In this document: one piece after another, positions 16,994 through 27,158 of the stretch
How the letters are laid out: every line of letters starts with the position of its first letter
How positions within the stretch are numbered: position 1 is the first letter of the stretch
NCBI GenBank assembly: GCA_035650715.1
Contig: DASRHC010000004.1
Location: 1,318-65,317 of the forward strand
Direction: 5' to 3'
From: Candidatus Methylomirabilota bacterium
Lineage (GTDB): Bacteria > Methylomirabilota > Methylomirabilia > Rokubacteriales > CSP1-6
Length of the DNA: 64,000 bases
The notes under the pieces: generated by a model
Database searches by the model: none
The model's input: the letters and a program-made list of their open reading frames with translations, nothing else
Told to the model about the DNA's origin: nothing
Translations under genes and position numbers: made by a program

Positions 16994-18909
16994 CGCGAGC
17001 CGGCCCCTTCCGCCTCCTCCGCGATCACCCGGAGGAAGCCCGGTCCGTAGCGCTCCGCCTTGTGGCGTCCCACGCCGTGGGCCTGCTCGAGCTCGGCCAG
17101 GGTGCGCGGGCGGAGCAGGGCGATGTCGCGCAGCGTCCGATCGCTGGCCACGATGAACGGGGCCATGCCCTCCGCCCGGGCCACCGCGAGCCGGTGCCTG
17201 CGCAGGGCCTCGAAGAGCGCCTGGGCGGCCGCGTCGAGCTCGCCCGCCTCCCGCGCAGGTCGGCGCCGCTCGGACCCGCGCCCGGCCGCGGCGGGCGCGG
17301 CGCGATGGGTTGGCGGCAGCAGCAGCCGGGCCGGCCGCTCGCCCTTCATGACGGCGCGGCCCTCGTCGGTCAGCACCGCCACCGGGCGCTCCCGCCCGCT
17401 GAAGCTCACCCACCCGGCCGCGACGCAGCGCCGGAGCAGGGCGAGGAGCCACGGCTGCGGGTGCTCCTTCAGGTTGCCGAAGGTGGGGACGCGGGTCAGG
17501 CCGGCGCGCTCGAGCCGCTCGTCGGGCTCGCCGTGAATCAGCTTGACCGCGGTCTGCAGCCCGAAGCGGTTGTGGACCCGGGCCACCCCGGACAGCGCCT
17601 TGCGGACGATCAGCGTCACGCGCTCGGTGTCGCCCGACTCGCCCTCGGCATCGAGGCCGCGGCAGACATCGCAGCGCCCGCAGCCGTGCAGCGTCTCCGC
17701 CTCGTCACCGAAGTAGCGAAGAATCGCGTCGTGACGGCAGCTTCCGCCCTCGACCCAGCGAATCAGCTCGAGGAACATTCCCCACTTGTGCTCGACCACC
17801 GCCGGGTCCGGGACGGCGCCCTCGGAGCCACGCTCCAGGAGGGCCCGGCGCAGGGCCAGGTCGCCCGCCGCCACCAGCAGCAGGCCGAGCGCGGGCGCGC
17901 CGTCGCGTCCGGCGCGCCCCACCTCCTGGTAGTAGGCCTCGATGGAACCCGGCGGCGCCAGGTGGATCACCGCCCGGACGTCGGGCCGATCGATGCCCAT
18001 GCCGAAGGCGTTGGTGGCCACCACGATCTCCACCCGGCCCTCGGCGAAGGCGCGCTGCGCGGCCTCCCGCGTCCGGCCGTCCAGACCGGCGTGATAGGCG
18101 ACGGCCTGCCAGCCCCGGGAGGCCAGCCGCTCGGTCTCCTCCTCCGCGCGCTTGCGGGTGGAGGCGTAGACGATCGCGGTGCCCCCCTGCTTGCCCGGGC
18201 CGCCCAGCGCCTCGCCGAGCGCGGCGTCCACCAGGCTCTCGCGCTCCCGCCGGCCCTCCACCTCCACCGCGCGCAGCGACAGGTTCGGCCGCGCGAAGCC
18301 CCGCACCATCTGCGGCGTGTCGGGCGGCAGGCCCAGCCGGGACAGGATCTCGTCCCGGACGATCGGCGTCGCGGTCGCGGTGCACGCCAGCACCCGCGCC
18401 CCCGGCAGGTCGGCGATCACGCCGCCGATCTCGAGGTACTCGGGGCGGAAGTCGTGGCCCCACTCGCTGATGCAGTGGGCCTCGTCGATCGCGACCAGCG
18501 GCACGTCCAGGTCGCGCAGCATGGCGCGAAAGCCCGGGAAGGCCAGGCGCTCGGGGGCCACGTAGACGAGCCGGAACGCGCGGGCGGCGAGGCGGCCCAT
18601 GCGCCGCCGCATCTCGGCGGCGTCGAGAGTGGCGGCCAGATAGGTCGCGGCCACCCCGCGCGCCTCGAGCGCCTGGACCTGGTCGGCCATCAGGGCCACC
18701 AGCGGCGAGATCACCAGCGTGGTGCCGGGCAGCAGCGTGGCGGGCAGCTGGTAGCTCAGGCTCTTGCCGCCGCCGGTCGGCGCGACCAGCAGCAGGCGCC
18801 CCTGAGCCAGCAGGGTCTCCACCGCCTCGCGCTGGCCCGGCCGGAAGGCCGCGTAGCCGAGCCGCGCGAGGGCGGCCTCGAGGTCTACTTCGCGTACCGC
18901 TTCTGCCAC
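16990..18909 (-). CDS. recQ: ATP-dependent DNA helicase RecQ (helicase, RQC and HRDC domains)
   Basis: 'FRPGQREAV', 'APTGGGKSL', '[18 protein letters not shown]', Zn cluster '[12 protein letters not shown]...CGRCDVC', HRDC '[13 protein letters not shown]'. The only start that keeps motif 0 is GTG 18909; this start is uncertain. Confidence 0.9.
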   Translation of the reverse strand: MAEAVREVDLEAALARLGYAAFRPGQREAVETLLAQGRLLLVAPTGGGKSLSYQLPATLLPGTTLVISPLVALMADQVQALEARGVAATYLAATLDAAEMRRRMGRLAARAFRLVYVAPERLAFPGFRAMLRDLDVPLVAIDEAHCISEWGHDFRPEYLEIGGVIADLPGARVLACTATATPIVRDEILSRLGLPPDTPQMVRGFARPNLSLRAVEVEGRRERESLVDAALGEALGGPGKQGGTAIVYASTRKRAEEETERLASRGWQAVAYHAGLDGRTREAAQRAFAEGRVEIVVATNAFGMGIDRPDVRAVIHLAPPGSIEAYYQEVGRAGRDGAPALGLLLVAAGDLALRRALLERGSEGAVPDPAVVEHKWGMFLELIRWVEGGSCRHDAILRYFGDEAETLHGCGRCDVCRGLDAEGESGDTERVTLIVRKALSGVARVHNRFGLQTAVKLIHGEPDERLERAGLTRVPTFGNLKEHPQPWLLALLRRCVAAGWVSFSGRERPVAVLTDEGRAVMKGERPARLLLPPTHRAAPAAAGRGSERRRPAREAGELDAAAQALFEALRRHRLAVARAEGMAPFIVASDRTLRDIALLRPRTLAELEQAHGVGRHKAERYGPGFLRVIAEEAEGAGSR

Positions 18910-19894
18910 TCGGCCAGGATGCGGTCGCGGTTCTTCGCGGACCAGTCGAAATCGTTCGGGAAGACCACCTTGGTCACGTCTTTGGGCAGACCCTCGGGGA
19001 CCGGGAATCCGGGCACGCTCACCGCCGCGAAGAACTGCGCGGCGATCTTGAGCGACTGGTCGCTGATCGCCCAGTCGAGGAACTGCTTCGCGGCCGCATT
19101 GTTCGCCCCCTTCTTGGTCAGGCCGTTGGCCTCGATCTCGTAGCCCGCGCCCTCCTTCGGCAGCACCATCTGCACCGGCGAGCCCTTCTTGATCATCTCG
19201 TGGGCCACGTACTCGAAGGACACGCCGATCGCGCGCTCGCCCGCGGCGGCGTCCTTGCAGGGCTTGGAGCCGGACTTCGTGTACTCCGCGATGTTCTTGT
19301 CGAGGGCGTCGAGGTACTTCCAGCCCTCGGCCTCGCCCATCCGCTGCAGCACCGAGACCACCGACAGGTAGCCGGTCCCGGAAGAGGCGGGATTGGGCAT
19401 CACCACGTGTCCCTTGTAGACCGGCTTGGTGAGGTCGGCCCACGACTCCGGCCTGGGCAAGTTTTTCGCCTTGCCGACCTCGGTGTTGAAGCAGAACGCG
19501 GACGCGTAGATGTCGATGCCCACCCACGAGGGCGGATTGGCCTTGTCCCGGAACAGGGGCTGCACGCGCTCGAGCCCCTTGGGGGCGTAGGGGACGAGCA
19601 AACCCGCCTGCTTGAACTGGAGCATGTTGGTGGCGCCCACGCCCCAGATCAGGTCCGCCTGCATGTTGTCCTTCTCGGCCATGAAGCGGGCCGCGATGTC
19701 GCCGGTGGACAGGCGGAGCATCTTCACGTCCAGGTTGGGCAGGGCCTTCTCGTACGCCTTCTTGTACTCCGCGATCTGCTCGTTCTCGATCGCGGTGTAG
19801 ATCACCACCGACTGCTTCTGGGCCGCGGCGGGAGCGACCGCGAGCAGCGCGGCCAGCGAGCCGGCCAGGGCGAGGACGAGGGCGAGACGCGCGC
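18885..19894 (-). CDS. ABC importer periplasmic substrate-binding protein (Fe3+/2-AEP/polyamine-like fold)
   Basis: ATG at 19894 preceded by 'AAGGAGG'. Signal peptide 'LALVLALAGSLAALLAVAPAAA'. Confidence 0.85.
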
Positions 19895-19954
19895 GCTTCA
19901 ACATGGACGCCTCCTTGGGCGAGGGGGGAGATGGAGCCGTGGGGAGCAAGCGGG

Positions 19955-20719
19955 TCACTGGGCCATGAAGCCGCCGTCGATGATCATCTCGGCCCCGGTC
20001 ATGAACGACGACTCGTCGGAGGCCAGGAAGAGGGCGGCGTTGGCGATGTCCCGCGGCTGACCGATGCGCCCGAGCGGGATCCCGCTCTTGAACTCGGCCC
20101 GCAGCGCGTCGGTCAGGTACGGAGCCTGGAGCGGGGTCTCGATGATCCCGGGATGGATCACGTTCGAGCGGATGTTGTCCCTGGCGAACTGGATGGCGAG
20201 CGACTTGTTCAGCGAGATCAGCGCGCCCTTGGCCGCGGTGTAGGCGTCCTGGGCGCGGGTGAAGCCGGCGAGGGCGGACACCGAGCCCACCAGGATGATG
20301 GAGCCGCCGCCCGCGGCCCGCAGGTGCGGGATGCCGTGCTTGGTGACCCAGAACACGCTCTTGAGGTTGATGGCCATCACGCGGTCCCACTGCTCGCCGT
20401 CGGTCTCCAGCACCGAGCGGTCGCGGTCCTTCCACAGCACGCCCGCGTTGTTGTAGAGCACGTGGAGCGCCCCGAAGCGACGCACCCCGTCCTCCACCAT
20501 GCGCTTCACCTCCGCCTCCACCGCCACGTCGCCCACGGTGGCGAGCGCCTCGCCCCCGGCGCGCTTGATCTCCTCCACCGTCTGGGCGGCGGCCTGGCCG
20601 TTGAGGTCGGCCACCACCACCCGCGCCCCTTCCCGGGCGAACAGCAGCGCGGCCTCCCGCCCCATGCCCATGCCGGCGCCGGTGATCAGGGCGACCTTGC
20701 TCTCGAGTCTTCCGGGCAT
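19955..20719 (-). CDS. Short-chain dehydrogenase/reductase
   Basis: 'ALITGAGMGMG', 'NNAG', 'YTAAK'. ATG at 20719. Confidence 0.85.
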   Translation of the reverse strand: MPGRLESKVALITGAGMGMGREAALLFAREGARVVVADLNGQAAAQTVEEIKRAGGEALATVGDVAVEAEVKRMVEDGVRRFGALHVLYNNAGVLWKDRDRSVLETDGEQWDRVMAINLKSVFWVTKHGIPHLRAAGGGSIILVGSVSALAGFTRAQDAYTAAKGALISLNKSLAIQFARDNIRSNVIHPGIIETPLQAPYLTDALRAEFKSGIPLGRIGQPRDIANAALFLASDESSFMTGAEMIIDGGFMAQ

Positions 20720-20733
20720 TCGGTGGCTCTCCG

Positions 20734-22107
20734 TCAGATCTGCTCGAAGTGGCGCATCAGCTCCCAGTCGGTCACCGACTGGTCGTAGGCCTGCTGCTCG
20801 AGGCGCCCGTGCTGGAGATAGTGCTCCACCACCCGCGGACCGAGCGCGGACCGCGCGACGTCGGAGGCCTCGAGCGCGGCCAGCGCGTCCCGCAGGGTCT
20901 TCGGCACCTGCGGCAGGCGCGCGTCCTCGTAGGCGTTGCCCTCGTACATGGGCGGAGGCTCGAGCCCCTTGTCGATGCCGTAGAGCCCCGCCGCGATGGT
21001 GGCCGCGAAGGCCAGATACGGGTTGGCGTCCGCGCCGGGAATGCGGTTCTCCACCCGGAAGCCGCCGCCCTCCCCGCAGACGCGGAAGCCGCAGGTCCGG
21101 TTGTCCCAGCCCCACGCGATGCGGGTCGGCGCGAAGGAGCCGGCCTGGTAGCGCTTGTAGGCGTTCACGGTCGGCGCGTAGAAGTAGGCGAAGTCGCGCG
21201 CCATCGCGAGCTGGCCGGCCAGCCACTGCTGGAAGAGCGGCGTGCCGGCGCGCCCGCCGTCCCGGGCCGCGAAGAGATTGCGGCGGCCCGCCTTGTCCCA
21301 GAGCGAGGAGTGCAGGTGGAACGACGAGCCCGCCGCGCCCATGTCGTACTTCGCCATGAACGTCACCGAGCAGCCCTGCTGCCAGGCGATCTCCTTCACC
21401 CCGTGCTTGTAGAGCACGTGGCGGTCGGCCATCTCGAGGGCGTCCGCGTAGCGGAGGTTGATCTCCTCCTGCCCCCGCCCCCACTCGCCCTTGGAGAACT
21501 CCACGGGCACCCGGGCCGCCTCCATGCCGTTGCGGATGGCGCGCACCAGGGGCTCCTCCCGCGAGGTCTGGAGGATGTGGTAGTCCTCCAGGTAGTTCGA
21601 GACGGGGGTGAGACCGTGGTAGCGCTTGGCCCGGGCCTCGTCGAAGGACTCCCGGAAGAGATAGAGCTCGAGCTCCGAGGCCGTCTTCACCCGGTAGCCG
21701 GCGCCCGCCGCGCGCTCGAGCTGCCGCCGCAGCACCCAGCGCGGCGCCTCCTCGATCGGCTCCCCCTCCTCGGTGTAGACGTCGCAGAACACCAGCGCGG
21801 TCTTGGGCAGCCAGGGCAGCACGCGCCACGTGGAGAGATCGGGGACCATCTTCATGTCCCCATAGCCGCGCTCCCACGACGTGAGCTGGAAGCCGGGCAG
21901 CGGCTCCATCTCGGTGTCCACCGTGAAGAGGTAGATGCAGGCGTGCACGCCCTCGTGCAGGACGTGATCGAGGAAGTAGCGGCCGACCACCCGCTTGCCC
22001 ATCAGCCGGCCGAGCCCGTCGGCGAACACCGTGAGCACGGTGTCGACGTCGCCCTTCCGGATCAGCGCCTCGAGCCCCCTGGCGTCGACTGCCCGCTCTT
22101 CAGGCAC
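20734..22107 (-). CDS. Glutamine synthetase-family ligase (gamma-glutamyl-amine synthetase-like, PuuA/GlnA3 type)
   Basis: GS catalytic-domain similarity throughout. GTG 22107 is preceded by GGGAGG at 7 nt. An alternative GTG at 22131 cannot be excluded. Confidence 0.85.
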   Translation of the reverse strand: MPEERAVDARGLEALIRKGDVDTVLTVFADGLGRLMGKRVVGRYFLDHVLHEGVHACIYLFTVDTEMEPLPGFQLTSWERGYGDMKMVPDLSTWRVLPWLPKTALVFCDVYTEEGEPIEEAPRWVLRRQLERAAGAGYRVKTASELELYLFRESFDEARAKRYHGLTPVSNYLEDYHILQTSREEPLVRAIRNGMEAARVPVEFSKGEWGRGQEEINLRYADALEMADRHVLYKHGVKEIAWQQGCSVTFMAKYDMGAAGSSFHLHSSLWDKAGRRNLFAARDGGRAGTPLFQQWLAGQLAMARDFAYFYAPTVNAYKRYQAGSFAPTRIAWGWDNRTCGFRVCGEGGGFRVENRIPGADANPYLAFAATIAAGLYGIDKGLEPPPMYEGNAYEDARLPQVPKTLRDALAALEASDVARSALGPRVVEHYLQHGRLEQQAYDQSVTDWELMRHFEQI

Positions 22108-22168
22108 GCGGACGCCTCCCGAGATCGACACGCGGCGGAACGCGGAGAAGGCGGCGCAAAGCGGCGCA

Positions 22169-22197
22169 ATCTTACCCCAACGGCCTCAACTCGTGAA
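22169..22197 (-). promoter_or_regulatory. Candidate sigma70-type promoter for the GS-like operon (TTCACG-17-TAAGAT)
   Basis: Hexamers read on the minus strand between the hairpin element and the GS-like start. Confidence 0.3.
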
Positions 22198-22206
22198 GCC
22201 GAGTTT

Positions 22207-22296
22207 GGGGTCAGGTCTTACATTCCGACATTTTCGCGGCACGGAGGACAGCCCTTCGGCGGACAAATGTCGGAATGTAAGACCTGACCCCGTCAG
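22207..22296. repeat. Perfect palindromic element: 27-bp arms (22207-22233 / 22265-22291), 31-nt loop; miniature form of the repeat family also found at 52514 and 54784
   Basis: GGGGTCAGGTCTTACATTCCGACATTT and its exact reverse complement. About 48% GC against a background above 70%. The 5 nt GTCAG beyond the right arm are shared with the copy at 54811-54815. Confidence 0.9.
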
Positions 22297-23447
22297 CGGA
22301 TCGGGACGGGGGGGATGAGGAGGACGAGGAGGATCAGGCAGAACACGCCCAGGGCGTAGCGCCGGGGCGAGAGCGGGGTGAGGTCGTCGAGCGGCGGCGG
22401 ATGGTGGAAGCCCATCAGCACCAGCACCAGGCCCGCGAAGACGATCCAGTTCGCGGAGCGGAACACCGCGCCGAGCAGCATCAGCCCCACGAAGGTGGCG
22501 ATCGAGACCTGCCGGTGCCACGGACCCACGAGGGCATAGGCGATGCGCCCGCCGTCGAGCTGGCCCACCGGGAACAGGTTCAGCGCGGTCACGAAGAGAC
22601 CGACCCAGCCCGCGAGGGCCACCGGGTGCACGAACACGTCCATGCCGGGGGGGATCGACCCGAACACGACCCAGGTGAGCGCGCGCATCAGCAGCGAGTC
22701 GCCGAACGTGAGCCCCGCGTGCTCGGGCAGCACCATCCCGACCCGCGACCACGAGAGCCCGAGCAGCAGCGCGGGCACCGCCACCACCAGGCCGGCCAGC
22801 GGCCCCGCCACCGCGATGTCGAACAGCGAGTTGCGGTCGCGCGCGGGCGACCGCATGCGGATCACCGCGCCCAGGGTCCCGAACAGGAAGATCGGCGGCG
22901 GCGCCGGGATGAAGAACGGCAAACTCACCGAGGCCCCGTAGTACCGCGCGGTGAAGTAGTGGCCGAACTCGTGGGTGCCGAGGATCGCGAGCAGCGTCGC
23001 CGAGAAGGGCACCCCGGCGAGCAGGCGCGCGGGCTCGGTGAACGGGTTGAAGGTCACGAACGGGAACGAGCCGGTGACCAGGCAGCCCGCGGCCAGCGTC
23101 GAGAGCACGGTGAGCGCGAAGAGCACCAGGTTGACGCCGGACCGGCCGCGCTCCTCGACCTGCGCGAGGGGCACCGCCCGGATCCACGTGAGGTCGCCCT
23201 GCCGGCCGAGGAACGGGGTGAAGCCGAAGGGCCGGAAGCGCGCCTCGATCAGGGCGAGGGCGCGCGCCGGCTCCACCAGCAGCGTGCCGCCCCATGCGTA
23301 CGTCGCCCCGCGGACCTCCTGCCGCTCGACGCGGAAGATGTCCTCCACGTTGCGGCGCAGCAGGTCCTCGACCACGCTGAGCCGATCGAGCATGTCGCCG
23401 TCGGCGTACGCGACCTCTCGCTCGGTGTGGAAGGGCCAGAGACGCAT
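22293..23447 (-). CDS. Peptidase M50 (site-2 protease family) integral membrane metalloprotease
   Basis: 'HEFGHYFTARYYG' HExxH in a transmembrane context, with multiple TM segments. Confidence 0.85.
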   Translation of the reverse strand: MRLWPFHTEREVAYADGDMLDRLSVVEDLLRRNVEDIFRVERQEVRGATYAWGGTLLVEPARALALIEARFRPFGFTPFLGRQGDLTWIRAVPLAQVEERGRSGVNLVLFALTVLSTLAAGCLVTGSFPFVTFNPFTEPARLLAGVPFSATLLAILGTHEFGHYFTARYYGASVSLPFFIPAPPPIFLFGTLGAVIRMRSPARDRNSLFDIAVAGPLAGLVVAVPALLLGLSWSRVGMVLPEHAGLTFGDSLLMRALTWVVFGSIPPGMDVFVHPVALAGWVGLFVTALNLFPVGQLDGGRIAYALVGPWHRQVSIATFVGLMLLGAVFRSANWIVFAGLVLVLMGFHHPPPLDDLTPLSPRRYALGVFCLILLVLLIPPVPIR

Positions 23448-23457
23448 GGAGTGCAGG

Positions 23458-23907
23458 TTACCACACGGCCAGGAGCGCCACCGCGCGCCGGCACGCCTCG
23501 AGACCGCCCTCGCGGAAGATCACCCCCAGCACCGCCTCCAGCGCGGTGGCCAGCACCGAGTCCTTGTCGCTCCCGCCCATCTGCTCCTCCCCCCGCCCGA
23601 GGCGGAGGTGCGCGCCGAGGCCGATCCGGCGGGCCCAGCGCGCGAGGTTCTCGCCCGAGACCAGCGCGGCCCGCCGCGGCGTCAGCACGCCGACCGGCTC
23701 GTCCGGCGCGATCGCGAGGAGCCGCTCGGCCACCACCAGCGACAGCGCGGCGTCGCCCAGCAGGGCGAGCCGCTCGTTGTCGGGATGCCCGGGGTTCTCG
23801 TGGGCGAACGAGCGGTGGGTGAGCGCCTCGCGGAGCAGCCGCGGGTCCTGGAAGCGGTGACCGAGCGCGGCGCCCAGCGCCTCCCGCGGATCGACCGCGG
23901 GCGTCAA
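23458..23907 (-). CDS. RNase III catalytic-domain-only protein (no dsRBD), acidic site partly degenerate
   Basis: 'LLREALTHRSF', 'NERLALLGDAAL', 'SVLATALEAVLG'. TTG start abuts the fabF stop. 149 aa. Confidence 0.7.
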   Translation of the reverse strand: MTPAVDPREALGAALGHRFQDPRLLREALTHRSFAHENPGHPDNERLALLGDAALSLVVAERLLAIAPDEPVGVLTPRRAALVSGENLARWARRIGLGAHLRLGRGEEQMGGSDKDSVLATALEAVLGVIFREGGLEACRRAVALLAVW

Positions 23908-25155
23908 CTAGGGGCGATACTTCCGGAGGACGAGGGTGGCGTTGGTGCCGCCGAAGCCGAAGGCGTTGCTGAGGGCGACCTCGACGTCCTGCTTGCGCGC
24001 CTGGTTCGGCACGTAGTCCAGGTCGCAGTCGGGGTCCGGCGTCTCGTAGTTGATCGTCGGCGGCAGGATCCCGTGGTGGATCGCGAACGCGGTGGCGATG
24101 GCCTCGATGCCGCCGGCCGCCCCCAGCAGGTGCCCGGTCATCGACTTGGTCGACGAGATCGCGAGCCGGCGGGCGTGGTCGCCGAAGACCCGCTTGATGG
24201 CCATGGTCTCCGACTTGTCGTTGTAGGGCGTCGAGGTCCCGTGGGCGTTGATGTACCCCACCGCGGACGGCTCCACGCGCGCGTCGCGCAGGGCCAGGGT
24301 CATCGCGCGCGCCGCCCCGTCCGCCTCCGGATCCGGCGCGGTCATGTGGTGGGCGTCGCCGGTCATGCCGTAGCCCACCACCTCCGCGTAGATGCGCGCG
24401 TCGCGCCGGAGGGCGTGGTCGAGCGACTCCAGCACCAGGAGCCCCCCGCCCTCGCCGCACACGAAGCCGTCGCGATTGGCGTCGAAGGGCCGGCTGGCCC
24501 GGGCCGGCTCGTCGTTCCGGGTGGACATCGCCTTCATCTGGCAGAAGCCGGCGAAGGTGAGCGGGAGGATGATCGCCTCCGCCCCGCCCGCGATCATCAG
24601 GTCGGCGTCGTCGCGCTGGATGATCTTCATCGCGTCGCCGATGGCGTGGTTGCCGGTCGCGCACGCGGTGACCACCGACGAGTTCGGCCCCTTGGCTCCG
24701 AAGCGCATCGAGATGAGCCCCGAGGCCATGTTGATGATGAGCATCGGGATGAAGAAGGGCGAGACCCGGTCCGGGCCCTTGTCCAGCAGGGTCTTGTGCG
24801 TCTCGAGCAGGGTGGTGATGCCGCCGATGCCCGAGCCCACCAGGACCCCGAAGCGGGTGCGGTCCACCCGCTCCACGTTCAGCCCCGCGTCCTCCACCGC
24901 CATCGCCGCGCAGGCGATCGCGTACTTGAGGAACGGATCGAACTTGCGGTCGTCCTTCTTGTCCACGTAGCGGAGCGAGTCGAAGCCCTTCACCTCGCCC
25001 GCGATCCGGGTCGGCAGGGGCGAGGCGTCGAAGCGCGTGACCGGACCGATGCCCGACTTGCCCTGGATCAGCGCGGCCCAGAACTCCTCGGCCGTGTTGC
25101 CCACGGGGGTGACGGCCCCGACCCCGGTGATGACGACGCGTCGCATCTCCGCCAT
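23908..25155 (-). CDS. fabF: 3-oxoacyl-ACP synthase II
   Basis: 415 aa with active-site context '[13 protein letters not shown]', 'HGTSTPYND' and '[12 protein letters not shown]'. Confidence 0.92.
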   Translation of the reverse strand: MAEMRRVVITGVGAVTPVGNTAEEFWAALIQGKSGIGPVTRFDASPLPTRIAGEVKGFDSLRYVDKKDDRKFDPFLKYAIACAAMAVEDAGLNVERVDRTRFGVLVGSGIGGITTLLETHKTLLDKGPDRVSPFFIPMLIINMASGLISMRFGAKGPNSSVVTACATGNHAIGDAMKIIQRDDADLMIAGGAEAIILPLTFAGFCQMKAMSTRNDEPARASRPFDANRDGFVCGEGGGLLVLESLDHALRRDARIYAEVVGYGMTGDAHHMTAPDPEADGAARAMTLALRDARVEPSAVGYINAHGTSTPYNDKSETMAIKRVFGDHARRLAISSTKSMTGHLLGAAGGIEAIATAFAIHHGILPPTINYETPDPDCDLDYVPNQARKQDVEVALSNAFGFGGTNATLVLRKYRP

Positions 25156-25172
25156 GCTCGCCCGCTCGACCC

Positions 25173-25409
25173 TCAGGAGTTCTCTTTGATGTAGCTGATG
25201 GCGTCCCCGACGGTGGCGATCTTCTCGGCGTCCTCGTCGGGAATCTCCAGGTCGAACTCCTCCTCGAACGCCATCACCAGCTCGACGGTGTCGAGGGAGT
25301 CCGCCCCCAGATCCTCGATGAACTTCGCGGTGGGCAGCACCTCGTCCTCCTCCACCCCGAGCTGCTCCACGATGATCTCCTTCACGCGCTCCTCAACCGG
25401 CTTGGCCAT
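25173..25409 (-). CDS. acpP: Acyl carrier protein
   Basis: '[19 protein letters not shown]' phosphopantetheine site. 78 aa. Confidence 0.92.
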   Translation of the reverse strand: MAKPVEERVKEIIVEQLGVEEDEVLPTAKFIEDLGADSLDTVELVMAFEEEFDLEIPDEDAEKIATVGDAISYIKENS

Positions 25410-25443
25410 GCCCTCCCTCCTGACTGCGGTGATTCTGGATTCG

Positions 25444-26208
25444 TCAGACGTACAGTCCGCCGTTGACGTGGATCGTCTGGCCCGTGATGTAGCTGGCCCC
25501 GTCGCCGGCCAGGAACCGCACCACCTCCGCCACCTCGCGTGCCTGCCCGATGCGCTTGAGGGGAACCTGCTGGAGCAGCGCCTCCCGCGCCTCGGCCGGA
25601 ATCGCGGCCGCCATGTCGGTCTCCACGAGCCCGGGCGCCACCGCGTTCACCAGGATGTTCCAGTGCGCCAGCTCGCGGGCCGCCGCCTTCGTGAGCCCGA
25701 TCACCCCGGCCTTGGCCGCCGAGTAGTTCGCCTGCCCCGGATTGCCCATCGCGCCCGCGGTCGACGCGATGTTGATGATGCGCCCGCTCTTCTGCCTCAT
25801 CATGACCTTGCCGACCGCCCGGGTCATCAGGAACACCCCGCGCAGGTTCGTGTCCAGCACCTGGTCCCAGTCGTCATCCTTCATCCGGATCAGGAGCTGG
25901 TCCCGCGTGATGCCCGCATTGCTCACCAGCACGTCGATCCGCCCGAAGCGCTCCCGGGTCGCCTCGACCAGCCGGTCCGCGTCCTCGCGCTTCGCCGCGT
26001 CCGCGATCAGCCCGAGCACGGGGCCGGGCACCGGCGTGCCCAGCGATTCCAGCTCTTTGACCGCCGCGTCCAGACGCGCTGCGTCGCGGCCAGAGACTAC
26101 CACGGAGGCGCCGTCCTCTGCCAGCGAGCGGGCGATCGCGAGGCCGATCCCGCGGGTGCCGCCGGTGACGATGGCCACCTTGCCGGCGAGGGACTTGGAG
26201 CCGGTCAC
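25444..26208 (-). CDS. fabG: 3-oxoacyl-ACP reductase
   Basis: '[11 protein letters not shown]', 'NAG', '[10 protein letters not shown]'. GTGA overlap with the fabD stop. Confidence 0.9.
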   Translation of the reverse strand: MTGSKSLAGKVAIVTGGTRGIGLAIARSLAEDGASVVVSGRDAARLDAAVKELESLGTPVPGPVLGLIADAAKREDADRLVEATRERFGRIDVLVSNAGITRDQLLIRMKDDDWDQVLDTNLRGVFLMTRAVGKVMMRQKSGRIINIASTAGAMGNPGQANYSAAKAGVIGLTKAAARELAHWNILVNAVAPGLVETDMAAAIPAEAREALLQQVPLKRIGQAREVAEVVRFLAGDGASYITGQTIHVNGGLYV

Positions 26209-27158
26209 GCGGCGCCGCCTCCCGCGAGCGCGGCCACCGCCCGGTCCAGCGACGCGGGGTCCTCCACCGAGTGGCCGCGCACGCCGTCGAGGGTCCGCTT
26301 CAGCAGGCCCGCCAGCACCCGGCCCGGCCCCACCTCCAGGAACGCGGTCGCGCCCTCGCGCTGCAGCCGCTCCATGCAGTCGGTCCACCGCACCGGGCTC
26401 GCCACCTGCTGGACGAGGAACGGCTTCACCTCGTCGGCGGAGGTGGTCACGCCCGCGTCCACGTTGCGCACGATGCGGATGCGGGGCGTCGCCACCGGCA
26501 CCGTCTCGAGCGCGGCGGCCAGACGGTCCGCCGCCGGCTTCATCAGCGCGCAGTGGAAGGGCGCGCTCACCGGCAGGAGCACGCTCTTGCGCCCGCCGCG
26601 CGCGGCCGCGGCGGCCACCGCCCGCTCCACCGCGGCGCGGTGCCCCGCGATCACGATCTGCCCCGGGGAGTTGATGTTGGCCACCCCGACCACCTCGCCC
26701 TGCGCGGCCTCCACGCACACCTGCTCGGCCACCGCGAGATCGACGCCCAGGAGGGCGGCCATCGCGCCGGTGCCCACCGGCACCGCCTCCTGCATGAACT
26801 CGCCGCGCCGCCGCACGAGGCGCACCGCGTCCGCGAAGGCCAGCGCGCCCGCCACCACGAGGGCGGAGTACTCGCCGAGGCTGTGGCCGGCCGCGAGGTC
26901 CGGTGTCACCCCCCGCTCGGCGAGGGCGGCGGCCGCGGCCACGCTGGCGGTGAGCACCGCGGGCTGGGTGTTCGCGGTGAGCGCCAGCTCCTCCGCGGGG
27001 CCCTCGAAGCAGAGGCGCGAGAGCGGGAAGCCGAGCGCGGCGTCGGCCTCGGCCCAGACCGCGGCCGCGGCCGGGACGGCCTCCGCGAGCGCGCGCCCCA
27101 TGCCGACCTCCTGCGAGCCCTGCCCCGGGAAGAGGAACGCGACCGCCCCGGCTACCAT
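26205..27158 (-). CDS. fabD: Malonyl-CoA-ACP transacylase
   Basis: 'FLFPGQGSQEVGMG', 'GHSLGEYSAL'. ATG at 27158. Confidence 0.9.
   Translation of the reverse strand: MVAGAVAFLFPGQGSQEVGMGRALAEAVPAAAAVWAEADAALGFPLSRLCFEGPAEELALTANTQPAVLTASVAAAAALAERGVTPDLAAGHSLGEYSALVVAGALAFADAVRLVRRRGEFMQEAVPVGTGAMAALLGVDLAVAEQVCVEAAQGEVVGVANINSPGQIVIAGHRAAVERAVAAAAARGGRKSVLLPVSAPFHCALMKPAADRLAAALETVPVATPRIRIVRNVDAGVTTSADEVKPFLVQQVASPVRWTDCMERLQREGATAFLEVGPGRVLAGLLKRTLDGVRGHSVEDPASLDRAVAALAGGGAA

Noticed and set aside
13067-21877. N-terminal extensions of the long minus-strand ORFs (13067..14725, 15896..17452, 16990..19527, 18885..20435, 19955..21877, and similarly 25444..26718, 26205..28037, 27152..29083)
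   Set aside because: The family-typical protein begins at an internal ATG or GTG that forms a 4-nt overlap with, or sits a few nt after, the upstream gene's stop. The extensions overlap the upstream gene out of frame and are low complexity.
22207-22291. The hairpin and repeat family considered as a CRISPR repeat, integron attC site or tRNA-like structure
   Set aside because: There are only four arm copies, not regularly spaced, and no spacers, so it is not a CRISPR array. No RYYYAAC/GTTRRRY attC core sites and no integrase are present. No cloverleaf can be drawn.
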